DNA of 46,389 bases from Basidiobolus ranarum (lineage: Eukaryota). Both the position numbers and the translations under genes were made by a program. Below the pieces are notes generated by a model that was given only the letters and a program-made list of their open reading frames with translations, did not search any database and had not been told where the DNA came from. Positions 24,749 to 35,865 of this stretch are shown one piece after another (the first letter of the stretch is position 1; each line of letters begins with the position of its first letter). Location: contig JASJQH010000023.1 of NCBI GenBank assembly GCA_040143965.1, positions 1 through 46,389 on the forward strand, read 5' to 3'.

Positions 24749-25552
24749 GAATAAAATTTAGTAATAACAATAATACTAATGTCCAACAGAAGAAATTTTT
24801 GTATCCTACACTCTCCAAACTACTTGTCCAAACTTTAAATGACTCATATGCTGCGGATTGTTGGTAAAAGAAGCATGGGTATAAAGGATGCTCAAGAGAG
24901 GGGTATATCAAGAAAGGGGTAGTGCTTTGGGATTGTGAATAAGTTATGAATATGTTGGCTAAACTGCAGATCTGGTTCATCCCACAACAATATATGTTGG
25001 ATTGACAATACGACTTCTTTTTTTTTGACTGGCTTTAACACATATCTGTTACTGGGCACTACGAGGATGATCACCAAAAATCGATGCCCTGTTACTCATG
25101 CCAACGATCTAGACTCTAAATAGTGACAAGGTTTCTACAGAATACTGCTACATATTTAGCTATAGCATTGAAATTAGAATCAGGTATGGAATTAACAAAT
25201 ATTGACTCTACAAATGCCGCTTAATAATTCTAGGTATACACTCCAATAGAGAGGCACAAAGAGTAAAGTAAAAAAACTGGCATAATGATCGTAGTAATAT
25301 ACCCGATCGTGGTACCACATTTACACATGGCTTATTATCTTGAATAAAGCTAGTAACTGAGTAAAACATTCTCTCGGTTTCAGGTTCAATTTGACAGTTG
25401 AAGAAAGAAAAATACTCGACTACACCTGAATAATATGAAAACTTATCGATAGGAGGTTTTATTTCGTTCTAACACTCACAGGAGTTACAAAAAGAAATAT
25501 GAAGGTTTTGGAAGGATTAAGATGCAGAGAGTGTTTAAAGTGTTAAAACTGG

Positions 25553-25806
25553 TTAATCTTTCTTTCCGCGGATCAATTGGAAGGTACCGTAGAAAGTACC
25601 GACAAGTCCAGCTCCGAGGAAAACGAAGAAAGAGGTGACGAGTACCTTGTCTCTGGGACCCTTAAGCCATACAGGTTTGGCGACTTGAGACTTTGATAAA
25701 GACGGAGTTAAGAACTAACGAATATACTAGTAACAATACAGGCTATACTTACTTGGAACAACTTTTGCTTGTTCAACATATTGTTGGGGCGATTGACGAA
25801 ATCCAT
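25553..25806 (-). CDS. COX7: Cytochrome c oxidase subunit VII (fungal Cox7/COX7A family), 63 aa; exons 25806-25753, 25690-25553
   Basis: Spliced product MDFVNRPNNMLNKQKLFQ|SQVAKPVWLKGPRDKVLVTSFFVFLGAGLVGTFYGTFQLIRGKKD. GTAAGT...AAG intron; Q-x-x-FQ and P-x-W-L-x-x-P-R motifs and one TM helix, as in yeast Cox7. Absent from the ORF track. Confidence 0.85.
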
Positions 25807-28391
25807 TTTGACTTGTATTCTTTAGAGTAGCGAAGGGAGGAGACAATACTAATGAAGTCGCGACCGAGAAATGAAACGATTTTGATGTTTTACCTGAAAA
25901 ATTATGGGGTAATTGAGTAGCACTGGCTCTATCCCAAAATTCACGTGACTCATGACTTAAAGGTTTTTGGGGGTATTTCTGACTGCACCAACGGCCGGTC
26001 CAGACCGTGAGTCCCAGGTGTGGGGCAACTTGATCATATGCCAGAAGAGCGAAACACGCATATTATAAAATATCCATGTTCCAAACCACCGGAGTAATCC
26101 AGAATCAAAATTGATTCGATTTTGGGGCGTGTCCCCTAAATGAAAAAGCGCAGTTCGATCGATAGGAATTAATCATCGATATAGGGGTGTTCGTCAATGT
26201 GTTCACTTAAAGCTGGGGAGTATGTTTGAATGTGGCTATAGAGCCCCTCAATCATAGCTATCCGGGGCAATGATGTAACACATTCTCTTAATAATGACTA
26301 ATATCTGTCAGGTTTGAAAAAGGGTTCCTGAAATATTGTTTTAGGAATGTTAAATTGCAACTCGTCATTATGGATTAAAGGTATGAGAAGTTTAAGACGA
26401 ATCTCAAGTTTAACTTAGGTTAAGCTAAATATTACACACAATAGCCAGCTGAGGGGGGTGTTGATGAACCAGGGGAAGCAGAATAGTGGATAATTATTGT
26501 ATCTGGATGATACTTCTTACAACTAGGCATTAGCAGTGGTCAGTTAGAAAACCTTGTGTGGTCTCTATCAGCAGTTTCATACAATCGTCAGGTTTTTGTT
26601 ACTTACAACAATCAGGTGATGGAACTTTATATTTCAGCCAAATGAGCACATATGCATTTGCCTACCCTAACCCATTCAGTTCAAGGCAATTAGGAAATTA
26701 TACTTATACCTAAAGAGATTGCTTTCTGTCCTTAGGCTGCGATAATATATCCACAACAACCAAGTTTGCTTCATTTGCTTAAGCATATGAAATCCAAACC
26801 AGAGAACTTTAAAATTTTCGCTGTCCATATTAAGAAATAAAGTCATGTTGATACCAAATCATCATTTGCCTGTGGCTAATTCATTTGAGGTGTATCTAAT
26901 GGCTTTGGGTGACGTCTCACAACAGCTTTACAGTTATTGGCGACAATCCGACATATCACAAGTTAGATAGATATATAATTAACAGTTGCCATTTATAAAC
27001 ATCAATTGGATGGTGTACTGGATGGTGGACTCTCCTTTAAATCCCTGATGAATTTCATAGAGAACTCACGCGGGGTTGTGTTACTCAGTAAGAGGTGATT
27101 TTCGTGTCTGGGGGTAAAAAGGCATGATTGTTTAAGGAATTGATATGGAGATGGTGAAACCTAACTTACAGGGCACTTGGCTCTTCAACAATAAGAAGCC
27201 GTGGAGCAAGATCCAAAAATGGCTCAATACACAGAAAGGGGTTCATAACGTCCAGTTGAAGTGGAGAGCAAGTGGAGAGCATTGTTCACCAAATAACGAA
27301 AGAACCAAAATGCCCATTGACTTGCACATAGTTCATAATATTAGAGTGACATTTATTGTTTGGCCTCGATTCGTACATAACTGAAACCTACAATTCCATT
27401 AGTTTGAATGCTCTGCCATTGCATCCGAGACGTGTCCTATTCAGTCCACAAATCCACAAATCTGCAGTAGTCGAGCATCAAATCAAATCTATCTCTCAGT
27501 CTTATCCCTCCTTATCTGAGTTGGATGGTGCATCTCGATGGCACATCCTCATACCCTGGAACAGTTGTGTCAATTAAGAACTATGGGTCCGCACTTGCAT
27601 TGCGACAAGTGGAGATATAATGTATTCATCTGGTGTATTGCTGGTGTATTGCTGGTCTATTCAGCTCACTGGCATGTCAACTTGAATGAGACTGACAATT
27701 GCTGAGGGTGTAATGCCGAGCGTTGTAATGTGATGCTATCAATAAGATCCTGTTCAATGATTCGGGACTTAAATAAAGTCCGCAATGGATTGTGTGCAAT
27801 GCAATCCGTATACAGTATAGCCAGTAATTCATATATACAGCGTGGCCAGTAATTCACTAACCAAAAGAAGCAACTCATATATATATCTCCAAATTGGTAA
27901 GTTCGTGAGGGAAGCGGGTTAGGTTAGGGTGAGCGATGGCGAAGATACCCCACCCTGCGAATCAGAATCAGCTGTGGTAAAAATAGATCAAATGTCTTGG
28001 TATGTCTTGCCAAATGAATAGGATGTAGTGTGAGCTTTGTAAATAGTTGGCAAACAATGACTGTGCTGAGAGGCGAATGATAATTGATTAGATCCCATAG
28101 TTCGAGTTGACTCTGTTTGGTAATCAACATATGCTACCTTCTGATACATGGAGCAATGTAGTTGCCTGTGGAGTCACGGGTTACGGGTAAGTATAATATT
28201 GATTTACGATCGGATGCTTTTTGCTTAGTATATAATGCGCCAGTTTTCTCTGAACCATCAGTACTCAGTTTCGCCTTGAGCTAGTTGCTTCTTACTCACT
28301 AATAATTGGTTGACGTTGATAGCCGTTCGTTTCGTCTTTCCGCTTAATACTTACGTCGTCCGAGCTTTTTTCTGTTCAGAAAAAAATACTA

Positions 28392-31300
28392 ATGTCAGCC
28401 AATAATAATAACAACCTTCAGTCAGGCAACAACGCCATCGAGGATGACCCTGCCTCTACTGCCACCCATCATAGCAAAGTAGTGTTCCAAGACACTGAGA
28501 AGCCTTCCCGCTATAATGAAATTGTCCCTGCTCCACAGCTTTCTACTCACGGCCACGCTGCTGCAGAGACGAATGAGAAACTTCCCCGAGGTAAGGAGGG
28601 CAAGAGTGTTGATATTACTGAACATTTGATGAGTGTTGAGGAAGTCTGCCAAAAGTATCAAACTTCAGTTAATATCACCAAGCCTGGTGACAGTCAAGGA
28701 TTTACCTCAGAACAGGCAGCAAAAGGCCTGTTGGAGCACGGCCCTAACATCTTAACCCCTCCAAAAAAGAAATCCCCTCTATTCCTGTATTTTGAGTGCT
28801 TGGCTGGGCTATTCAACGTCCTACTTGTAATTGCTGGTATACTTCAATACGTCCTTTTAGCTATTGACCCCGTAAACAATCAAGCAAATATCTACCTCGG
28901 TGCCATTTTAATCGGTGTTGCTTTGGTAAACGCATTTATCGAATTTTATCAACTCCAAAAGAGTGCCTCCATCCTTGCTTCCTTCCTTAATATGATCCCC
29001 GCTAAGTGCTTTGCTATCCGTGATGGAAGATTAAATCAAATGGCAGGAGCTGATCTTATCCCAGGCGATGTTGTCTTCGCCAGAATGGGAGACAAGATTC
29101 CTGCTGATCTGATGATCTTCTCCGCCTCTGACATGAAAGTTGACAATTCCTCCCTTACTGGGGAATCTGAACCTCAAGAGCGAACCAAATTCAACTCATT
29201 CAAAAACCCTTTGGAGGCCACAAATGTCGCTTTCAATGGTACTTTGGTTGTGTCTGGTGAAGGTTATGGTATTGTCATTCGTACAGGTGATAGCACTGTA
29301 TTGGGTCAAATTGCCGGTCTCACTCAAGGCGAAAAGAAACGTAAAAGTCCCTTGACTACTGAAATTGATGACTTTGTAAAGATCATCGCCTCAGTAGCAT
29401 TCTTGACTGCTGTCATATTCTTCATTGTCGGTCAAGTCATCTATGGAAAAATTCAATTTACTCTTAACTTTGCCATTGGTGTATTCGTTGCCTGGGTACC
29501 GGAAGGTCTTCCTGCAACTGTTACAATGCTTCTAACCATCGCTGCAAAGAGAATGGCTGATGCTAAAGTATTAGTCAAGGATCTTAAGGGAGTTGAAACC
29601 CTTGGTGCTATCACTCTTTTAGCTACCGATAAGACAGGTACTTTGACCAGAAATCAAATGACTGTTACCAATGTCTGGAGTGGACTCGTTATGTATACCG
29701 CCTTCCCATCTGCTGGTAATCCTGAAGTTCCTCTCACTCCTGAAGCACCCGGTATCCTTGAAGTCATGTATATTTCAACTCTTAACTCCAGAGCCAAATT
29801 CGATAGAGTTGATGTTCCTGTGGATCAACGCCAAATCCTTGGTGATGCTACTGAATCTGGTCTAGTTCGTTTTGCTGCCAAAAGCCTTCCTGATTTTGAC
29901 AATGCAGCCAACAATTTCCCCAAAGTTTTTGAGATTCCTTTCAACTCAGACAACAAATGGGCATTGACCATTCATCAGAAGAGCCACCCTAACGGTTCAC
30001 TGACCCTTTATATTAAGGGTGCTCCAGAACGTGTATTACGACTTTGCAGCACCATCCTGGTTAACAATCAAGCTGTTACCCTAACTGAAGAGCACAAGGC
30101 AATGTACGATCAAACTTATGAATACATGGCTAGTAAGGGACATCGTGTTCTAGCTTTTGCCCAATTATTGTTACCAGGTAATCAATACCCCGCAGACTTC
30201 GTGTTTACTAAAGAAGCTCAAAATTACCCTACCACCGATCTCTGCTTTGTTGGACTCGCCTCCTTAGAAGATCCACCTAAGCATGGCGTTCGTGAAGCAA
30301 TCGGTCGCTGTCGTTCTGCAGGTATTCAAGTTATGATGGTTACCGGTGATCATCCTTTAACTGCCGAGGCAGTAGGAAGGAAAATCAACTTGATGCTTTC
30401 AGAAACCAAAATTCAAATCGCTAAACGAACTGGTCGCCCCATTGAGAGCGTTCAAGAGCATGAATACACCGCCATCGTAATCCATGGTGAACAGATCGAT
30501 TCTTTATCGGAAGAAGATTGGGATATCATTTTCTCAAAGAACGAAATCATTTTTGCCCGTACTTCTCCTCGTCACAAATTGGAGATTGTTAAACGTGCGC
30601 AAGCCATGGGACATATTGTTGGTGTTACTGGTGATGGTGTTAACGATTCCCCTGCCTTGAAGAAAGCCGATCTAGGAATTGCCATGAATGAGTCTGGTTC
30701 TGATGTATCCAAAGAAGCAGCAGCGATGATTCTGTTAGACGATAACTTCGCCTCTACAGTAAAGGGTGTCGAAGAAGGACGTCTTATCTTTGCCAATTTG
30801 AAAAAATCCATCCAGTACACTGTTACCCATAGTACTCCTGAAATTTTACCAAATCTCTTGTATATCATTGTCCCTCTCCCTCTTCCTCTCTCTGCAATCT
30901 TGATCCTGGTGATTGATTTAGGTTTTGAAATCTTTGCCGCCTTATCATATGCTTGGGAACTTCCAGAAACCAAGGGTGGTCTGATGAAACTTCCTCCCCG
31001 TAAGCCCGTCACTGCCCGCTCGCTCACTCGCCTAAGAAAGCAAATGGCTAGACGTCCCCCTACCTCTGTCGATGTTGAATCCGGAAAAGAGAGTCAACCA
31101 TCCAAATTTACTCTTCTCAAACACAGTATCTCCGAGAAATTCACCTCCTATTACTGGAGAGAAGCCTTCGAAGAAACTGATGATACCGTTCTTGTTGATG
31201 CTGGAGTTCTCTCTTGGGCTTACGCTGAAGCAGGAATGATTGAATTCCTTGCTGCCATAACCGCTTATTTTGTTGTCTTATATCGCGAATTCGGTATCTC

Positions 31301-31799
31301 ACCTTCTGAAGCCCGCCATATGCAAAACGGTAACATGTACTTCCTCAATGACTCACCATCCTACACCCTCCCAAGTGGAAGAGTTCTGACCAACAACGAC
31401 CAAAAGGAGGCACTTGCCCAGGCTCAGAGTATCTTTTATCTCTCGATCATGATTTGCCAATGCTTCAATTTGTTTGCTTGCAAATGTCTTATTCGTCTTC
31501 CTTTCGGAAAGTACATGTTCCGTAATACCAAAACTTTCTACGGTATGGGTGCCGGTGCTATCTTAGCCATGATGATCGTTTATATCCCACCATTCAACAT
31601 TGCATTCGGCACTTCACATCGCCTTAGCCCTCTCTACTGGTTAATCCCCATAGCTTTTGGTGTCTTCCTTATCTTCTATTCTACTGTTCGTCGTATTATC
31701 ATCAGAAAGCGGAAACCAATCAACTGGAACCCAGATATTGCTGGACTCCAAATGTATCCCACTGTCAGAACAGTCAAGTCTACTGGCGCTGGTAAATAA
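28392..31799 (+). CDS. P-type ATPase, P2C (Na,K/H,K-ATPase alpha-like), intronless, 1135 aa
   Basis: VDNSSLTGESEPQ, PEGL, DKTGTLT, GDATESGL, EIPFNS-x-NKW, KGAPERVL, MVTGDHPLTA, VTGDGVNDSPALKKAD and EEGRLIFANLKKSI. These are P2C-type signatures. Confidence 0.93.
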   Translation: MSANNNNNLQSGNNAIEDDPASTATHHSKVVFQDTEKPSRYNEIVPAPQLSTHGHAAAETNEKLPRGKEGKSVDITEHLMSVEEVCQKYQTSVNITKPGDSQGFTSEQAAKGLLEHGPNILTPPKKKSPLFLYFECLAGLFNVLLVIAGILQYVLLAIDPVNNQANIYLGAILIGVALVNAFIEFYQLQKSASILASFLNMIPAKCFAIRDGRLNQMAGADLIPGDVVFARMGDKIPADLMIFSASDMKVDNSSLTGESEPQERTKFNSFKNPLEATNVAFNGTLVVSGEGYGIVIRTGDSTVLGQIAGLTQGEKKRKSPLTTEIDDFVKIIASVAFLTAVIFFIVGQVIYGKIQFTLNFAIGVFVAWVPEGLPATVTMLLTIAAKRMADAKVLVKDLKGVETLGAITLLATDKTGTLTRNQMTVTNVWSGLVMYTAFPSAGNPEVPLTPEAPGILEVMYISTLNSRAKFDRVDVPVDQRQILGDATESGLVRFAAKSLPDFDNAANNFPKVFEIPFNSDNKWALTIHQKSHPNGSLTLYIKGAPERVLRLCSTILVNNQAVTLTEEHKAMYDQTYEYMASKGHRVLAFAQLLLPGNQYPADFVFTKEAQNYPTTDLCFVGLASLEDPPKHGVREAIGRCRSAGIQVMMVTGDHPLTAEAVGRKINLMLSETKIQIAKRTGRPIESVQEHEYTAIVIHGEQIDSLSEEDWDIIFSKNEIIFARTSPRHKLEIVKRAQAMGHIVGVTGDGVNDSPALKKADLGIAMNESGSDVSKEAAAMILLDDNFASTVKGVEEGRLIFANLKKSIQYTVTHSTPEILPNLLYIIVPLPLPLSAILILVIDLGFEIFAALSYAWELPETKGGLMKLPPRKPVTARSLTRLRKQMARRPPTSVDVESGKESQPSKFTLLKHSISEKFTSYYWREAFEETDDTVLVDAGVLSWAYAEAGMIEFLAAITAYFVVLYREFGISPSEARHMQNGNMYFLNDSPSYTLPSGRVLTNNDQKEALAQAQSIFYLSIMICQCFNLFACKCLIRLPFGKYMFRNTKTFYGMGAGAILAMMIVYIPPFNIAFGTSHRLSPLYWLIPIAFGVFLIFYSTVRRIIIRKRKPINWNPDIAGLQMYPTVRTVKSTGAGK

Positions 31800-32411
31800 G
31801 GTACTATTGCAGCATCTGAATCTGAACATACCTTGATGTGAACAACGAATCATCCAAGCATTCCTTAGTAATTTTCACCATTTCCAATATGTACTATCTC
31901 TTAAAATTCCGACATTTTGTTTCTGTAGTTTTATCATCAGATCTTTAATAAATAATCTTTCGTTAATAATCATTGTCTGACTACGTCCTCCATACTATCT
32001 ATACTAGCCTACTATCCACCTGCTATCTGAAACAATCAACGTCTCACAATAGCAATATAAATGACGAATAGACACTAAACACTGCGATTTATTCATGTGG
32101 AAGCACCTCCGCCACTCCTGTACCACCATGACTAATATACGCACCAGAATCAACAATGAACTCAACTCCCGTCCCCTCAGCCAATATCTCACTTCACCCT
32201 ACCCACCCATATCCGTCCATCATCCCTTCTTTTGGCTTTTAACCAGTATTTCCTCATTAAGCATCCATCTAAATATTTCCAATAGTTTACCTTTTATTTT
32301 ACTTTAACGTTAAATGTAAGACAAAGTGAAAGTAGAATAAAAGTCGAGAAACGAAATGCCATCACATAGAGCTGACTACATGATAGGAGTAGAATTTAGA
32401 GAAGGGTTTAA

Positions 32412-32710
32412 TTATATCCACTAACATTGCTTTTGTAATGAACAAAGAAATCCATTGGCTGGAACTGGACTAGAGAGTGGGCTAATAAATAAACCTCTTG
32501 AAAGACTACTGGGAGAATTGAAGATGTTAAATATTCGGTTGCCGATCAGCTGCTATGTGACAGAGCGTATTCGAGACTTAAGCTTGACCGAAGCCCGCGA
32601 GATTGAGAATAAGGAAATTACTAGATAACTGCCATCACCAGTTGATGCTTGCTGAAAATACTATTCAAGCTGCCATACAAGACTATCGCAAGAGACACGA
32701 ATCAATAAAG
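32412..32710 (+). pseudogene. ISU1: Decayed ISU1/IscU Fe-S scaffold pseudogene
   Basis: Collinear fragments in shifting frames: GTGL (32461), TTGRIEDVK (32505), FGCRSA (32534), YVTERIRDLSLTEAREIENKEITR*LPSPV (32554; stop at 32626) and MLAENTIQAAIQDYRKR (32645). The APACGD and KLHCS segments are missing. Confidence 0.85.
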
Positions 32711-32855
32711 ACCCCGCTGCTTTCACTACTGTACTTATATTACCACCCATCCATCAACTCAAGCCTCCGTTAATTAACTCCAAAAGGATTGTTAAAGATT
32801 GCTAAATAAACCATTTATTTATTAAACATTTACACTAAATGCTTATAGTAAGGGC

Positions 32856-33287
32856 TTAGTGGGATTTGAAGTATTCAAGGAGAACGTTGAGAGCTTCGGA
32901 TTCCTCTCCGTAGTCCTTAACAACAACGCAGGAGCAGCCAACAACCTTACGGGCGCTACCTTCACGATCGATCTTGCAGAGACCGGCCCATTCACCGAGC
33001 TTCTTGGCATCAGAAACCTTGATGAGGTTGATGTTGTGTTCGGCGCAAAGAGCCTCAACAAGTCTGATGTATTCCTTCTCGGTACAGGTCTCGACGAGAA
33101 CGCAGAGATGGGCTTGACGTTTGTCAAGAGCCTTAGCACATTCTCTCAAACCACGAGCAAGACCATCGTGAACAAGGGCCTTCTTGAGGACTTCTTGAAG
33201 AGCCTCTTCAACGGACATTTGTCCACGAGGGGCGGCCTCAGCGGGGACCTCGACTTCTTGGGGAACAACGGCTTCTTCGGCAGACAT
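32856..33287 (-). CDS. RPS12: 40S ribosomal protein eS12; probable 5'UTR intron 33382-33295
   Basis: [35 protein letters not shown]...CAG intron lies just upstream of the ATG. Confidence 0.97.
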   Translation of the reverse strand: MSAEEAVVPQEVEVPAEAAPRGQMSVEEALQEVLKKALVHDGLARGLRECAKALDKRQAHLCVLVETCTEKEYIRLVEALCAEHNINLIKVSDAKKLGEWAGLCKIDREGSARKVVGCSCVVVKDYGEESEALNVLLEYFKSH

Positions 33288-33624
33288 GTCGTTTCTGTTG
33301 AGAATAAAATGGATTAGTTCACTGGTTTAGAAAACGTCGACTCTGTCGATATTGCATGCACGATGGATGGATGAATACATACATGGATAGAATGAATTAA
33401 GGTTCTAAAAGAAAGGTCACTGATTCAAACCACGTCCCTACTTATGGTCCACAATTTTTTTCTCGTCAGTTCAAAAATTTCATCTTTAACCAATCATAGC
33501 AAGGTAAATGATTTTGATAAAAATCAGGGTAGATTTTGGAGAAATTTTGATTTTATATACTCGCTCTATCGTGAATAACTTAGTTTATATTTATACTCTA
33601 ACAAAAATCTATGAATAATCAATT

Positions 33625-35511
33625 CTACAGACGCGCTTCAATTACTTTGACCCAGAATTCATGTGGCTTAAGGAATGCTTTGAATTCTTTTTGAGCTGAT
33701 TCCTCAAGCAATACGATACTGGCGGGGAAATCCACGTACTTTTCGGGATAGATGTAGCGTGCACAGATGAGTTTCAACACTGTTGGTATATGTATAATAC
33801 GATGGTTAGGGTGCTTCGAAGCATTCACTTTCGTAAAACATCACTTACCTAAAAGCCTATCCTGTTCTGAATCTGGATGTAGTTCTGTAGATGGAACGGG
33901 TAAGTGGAGAAAAAGAAATGACGACCACCAGCTTAGTCGATCTTTCCAAATCTCTGTATCTGCTTCGGGGGATTTCTTTCTAAAGCTTGAATTAGAAGGA
34001 GTCACTAATAGGGATCAAAATACGGATGGACTTTACTTCAAGCGCATAAGAGTCTCCACGGTTTTCTCCCACACCCATATTTCATTGTTACCATAATCAA
34101 TTCGGGTAGCCAAGAGTTGTAAAATTTCGAGTCGTAAGGAGACATTCTTCTCCTTACCCTTTTCAGTGTCTAAGGTTCATGAACGTTTTAGTTACTTTCT
34201 TCTCACCCGTTGCTAATTATCTACTTACTGATCATTTCCTCATAGTACTGAATCATTGGTCGTATGACAGACTCCACACTGCAAGCTGGATCTAGCTTTA
34301 CACACAGTTTGGCATGCTCTAACCAAACTTCGGGGTTGTCTGGAGAGTCGGTGTATAAGGTAGTGAAGAGCATGCTAGGACATCGAGAGAGTATGAGTTC
34401 AATTAGATTTTGTTCAAGTTTTCAATTGATGAGAGAATACATACTGTTGAATGGCGGGATTCTTGGGATTTCTCCTACAAAAGTCCTCCATGACTGTAAT
34501 GGCCTCTTTATGTTGACCACTTTTGAATAGAAGCTAATTATACATCAATTGATAATGAGCCAAATAAATCCATTTCAGTGAAGACTTACCTCCACCAAGC
34601 ATCTAGTGAACATATCGTTTGCTTCATCTAAGGCGCAAGCTTTCTCAAAATGCTTGATCGCTTCTAACACATTTCGCTGTGCTGGCACTAAAGGTATTGT
34701 TTATCAAAGGGATTTTCACAACAGAATATTCATTATGATTATGTAATTTTACCTTGTTTATCATTCGAATCCTCATCAGGATCCATACTACCATAGAGAT
34801 CCATACCTTGACTACTAGGAGCAGAACTTTGACTACGTCTGAGATTCGCATTTTCTTTTTCTGCTATATGCGCTGATAACATTCCAGCATAACCATGGAT
34901 AAGAGGATTTTCACTAAAAGGAGAGTGATAAATGTATCTAACAAGAGATCGCCAGTTAAAAATCCATTCCTAATCCACCTTCATATTCAAAGATATTCCC
35001 ATTTTTTTACCCCATCATAGTACCGTAAGCATCTTGAATGTTTCCTAGTTGTATTTGGTGATAGGTCATTTCGAGTAATAATTCTTCTCGCTATATATAT
35101 AAAGGTAAGAAAAAAAAGGGATTAATATGTCGTAATTTCCACTTCGTGTTGAATAGTTTGTTACTTACGTGTTCACTATGCCTAGTAAATAAAAGTTGAA
35201 AAAACCTAGTGAGTTCAACTTGATGGTTTGGATGAGTTTGAAGTACAGTGACTCCACCCTATTTAAAAGAATATCCAACATAGAGTAAGTCAAACGCGGT
35301 TTAACTTTTAATAATTTCTCACTAATGAAACTTATCTAACCTTCCATAATATCTCAAACCGTGTCCGTTGGAAAGAAAATAATGCTTGTAATATTTTCCA
35401 AGCTCGAACAGTATCTCTTCTACCAAGACATAAGCTCAAATGATATGATAGTCTGTCTTCGTAAATTCGTCGAAGTGACGTATTAGGATCGATATTAATA
35501 GGAGTGTACAT
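33625..35511 (-). CDS. RRN11: RNA polymerase I core factor subunit Rrn11/TAF1A-like TPR protein, about 10 exons
   Basis: Manual splicing gives one continuous frame: MYTP...HLSLCLGRRDTVRAWKIL...ILWK|GGVTVL...SPFSENPLIHGYAGML...EAIKHFEKA...IWKDRLSWWSSF. This resembles Rrn11/TAF1A motifs. Mostly missed by the ORF track. Confidence 0.7.
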
Positions 35512-35865
35512 GTTCTTTCATTTGAGAAAGGAAACCCTTTCTAAAACTTCATTCAAGTCTTGGATCACTTGAACAATTAGGATGGAATATTTGGTGTTGA
35601 AAAGAAATCAAGAAATCAAACGAAATGGTCGAAACAATGAATTGGTTTTCGACAACTAATATTATTGATCAATGAATCGATCGATCGATTAATTATGTTG
35701 GCCTTCAACTGATCTTAATTAAATGGATTTATTCATTATGCCAGACGAGAGGAATTATAAAAATTGAAGTGTAGCTAAAAATTGTGAGCTATATACACTG
35801 TGAGGTTACAAGTAACAATGATAAGTGGCTGAAGAAGTACCTCTATGATGCAAAAGGGGAATGAA

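Noticed and set aside
27145..28130. Cluster of short ORFs upstream of the ATPase as a possible transposon remnant
   Set aside because: No transposase, RT or integrase motif recognised in the frames I translated.
32859..33317. 152 aa antisense ORF over RPS12, and similar shadow ORFs over UTP14, ANKRD13-like, the ATPase and CAT
   Set aside because: Expected by-product of codon bias on the coding strand; no recognisable motifs.
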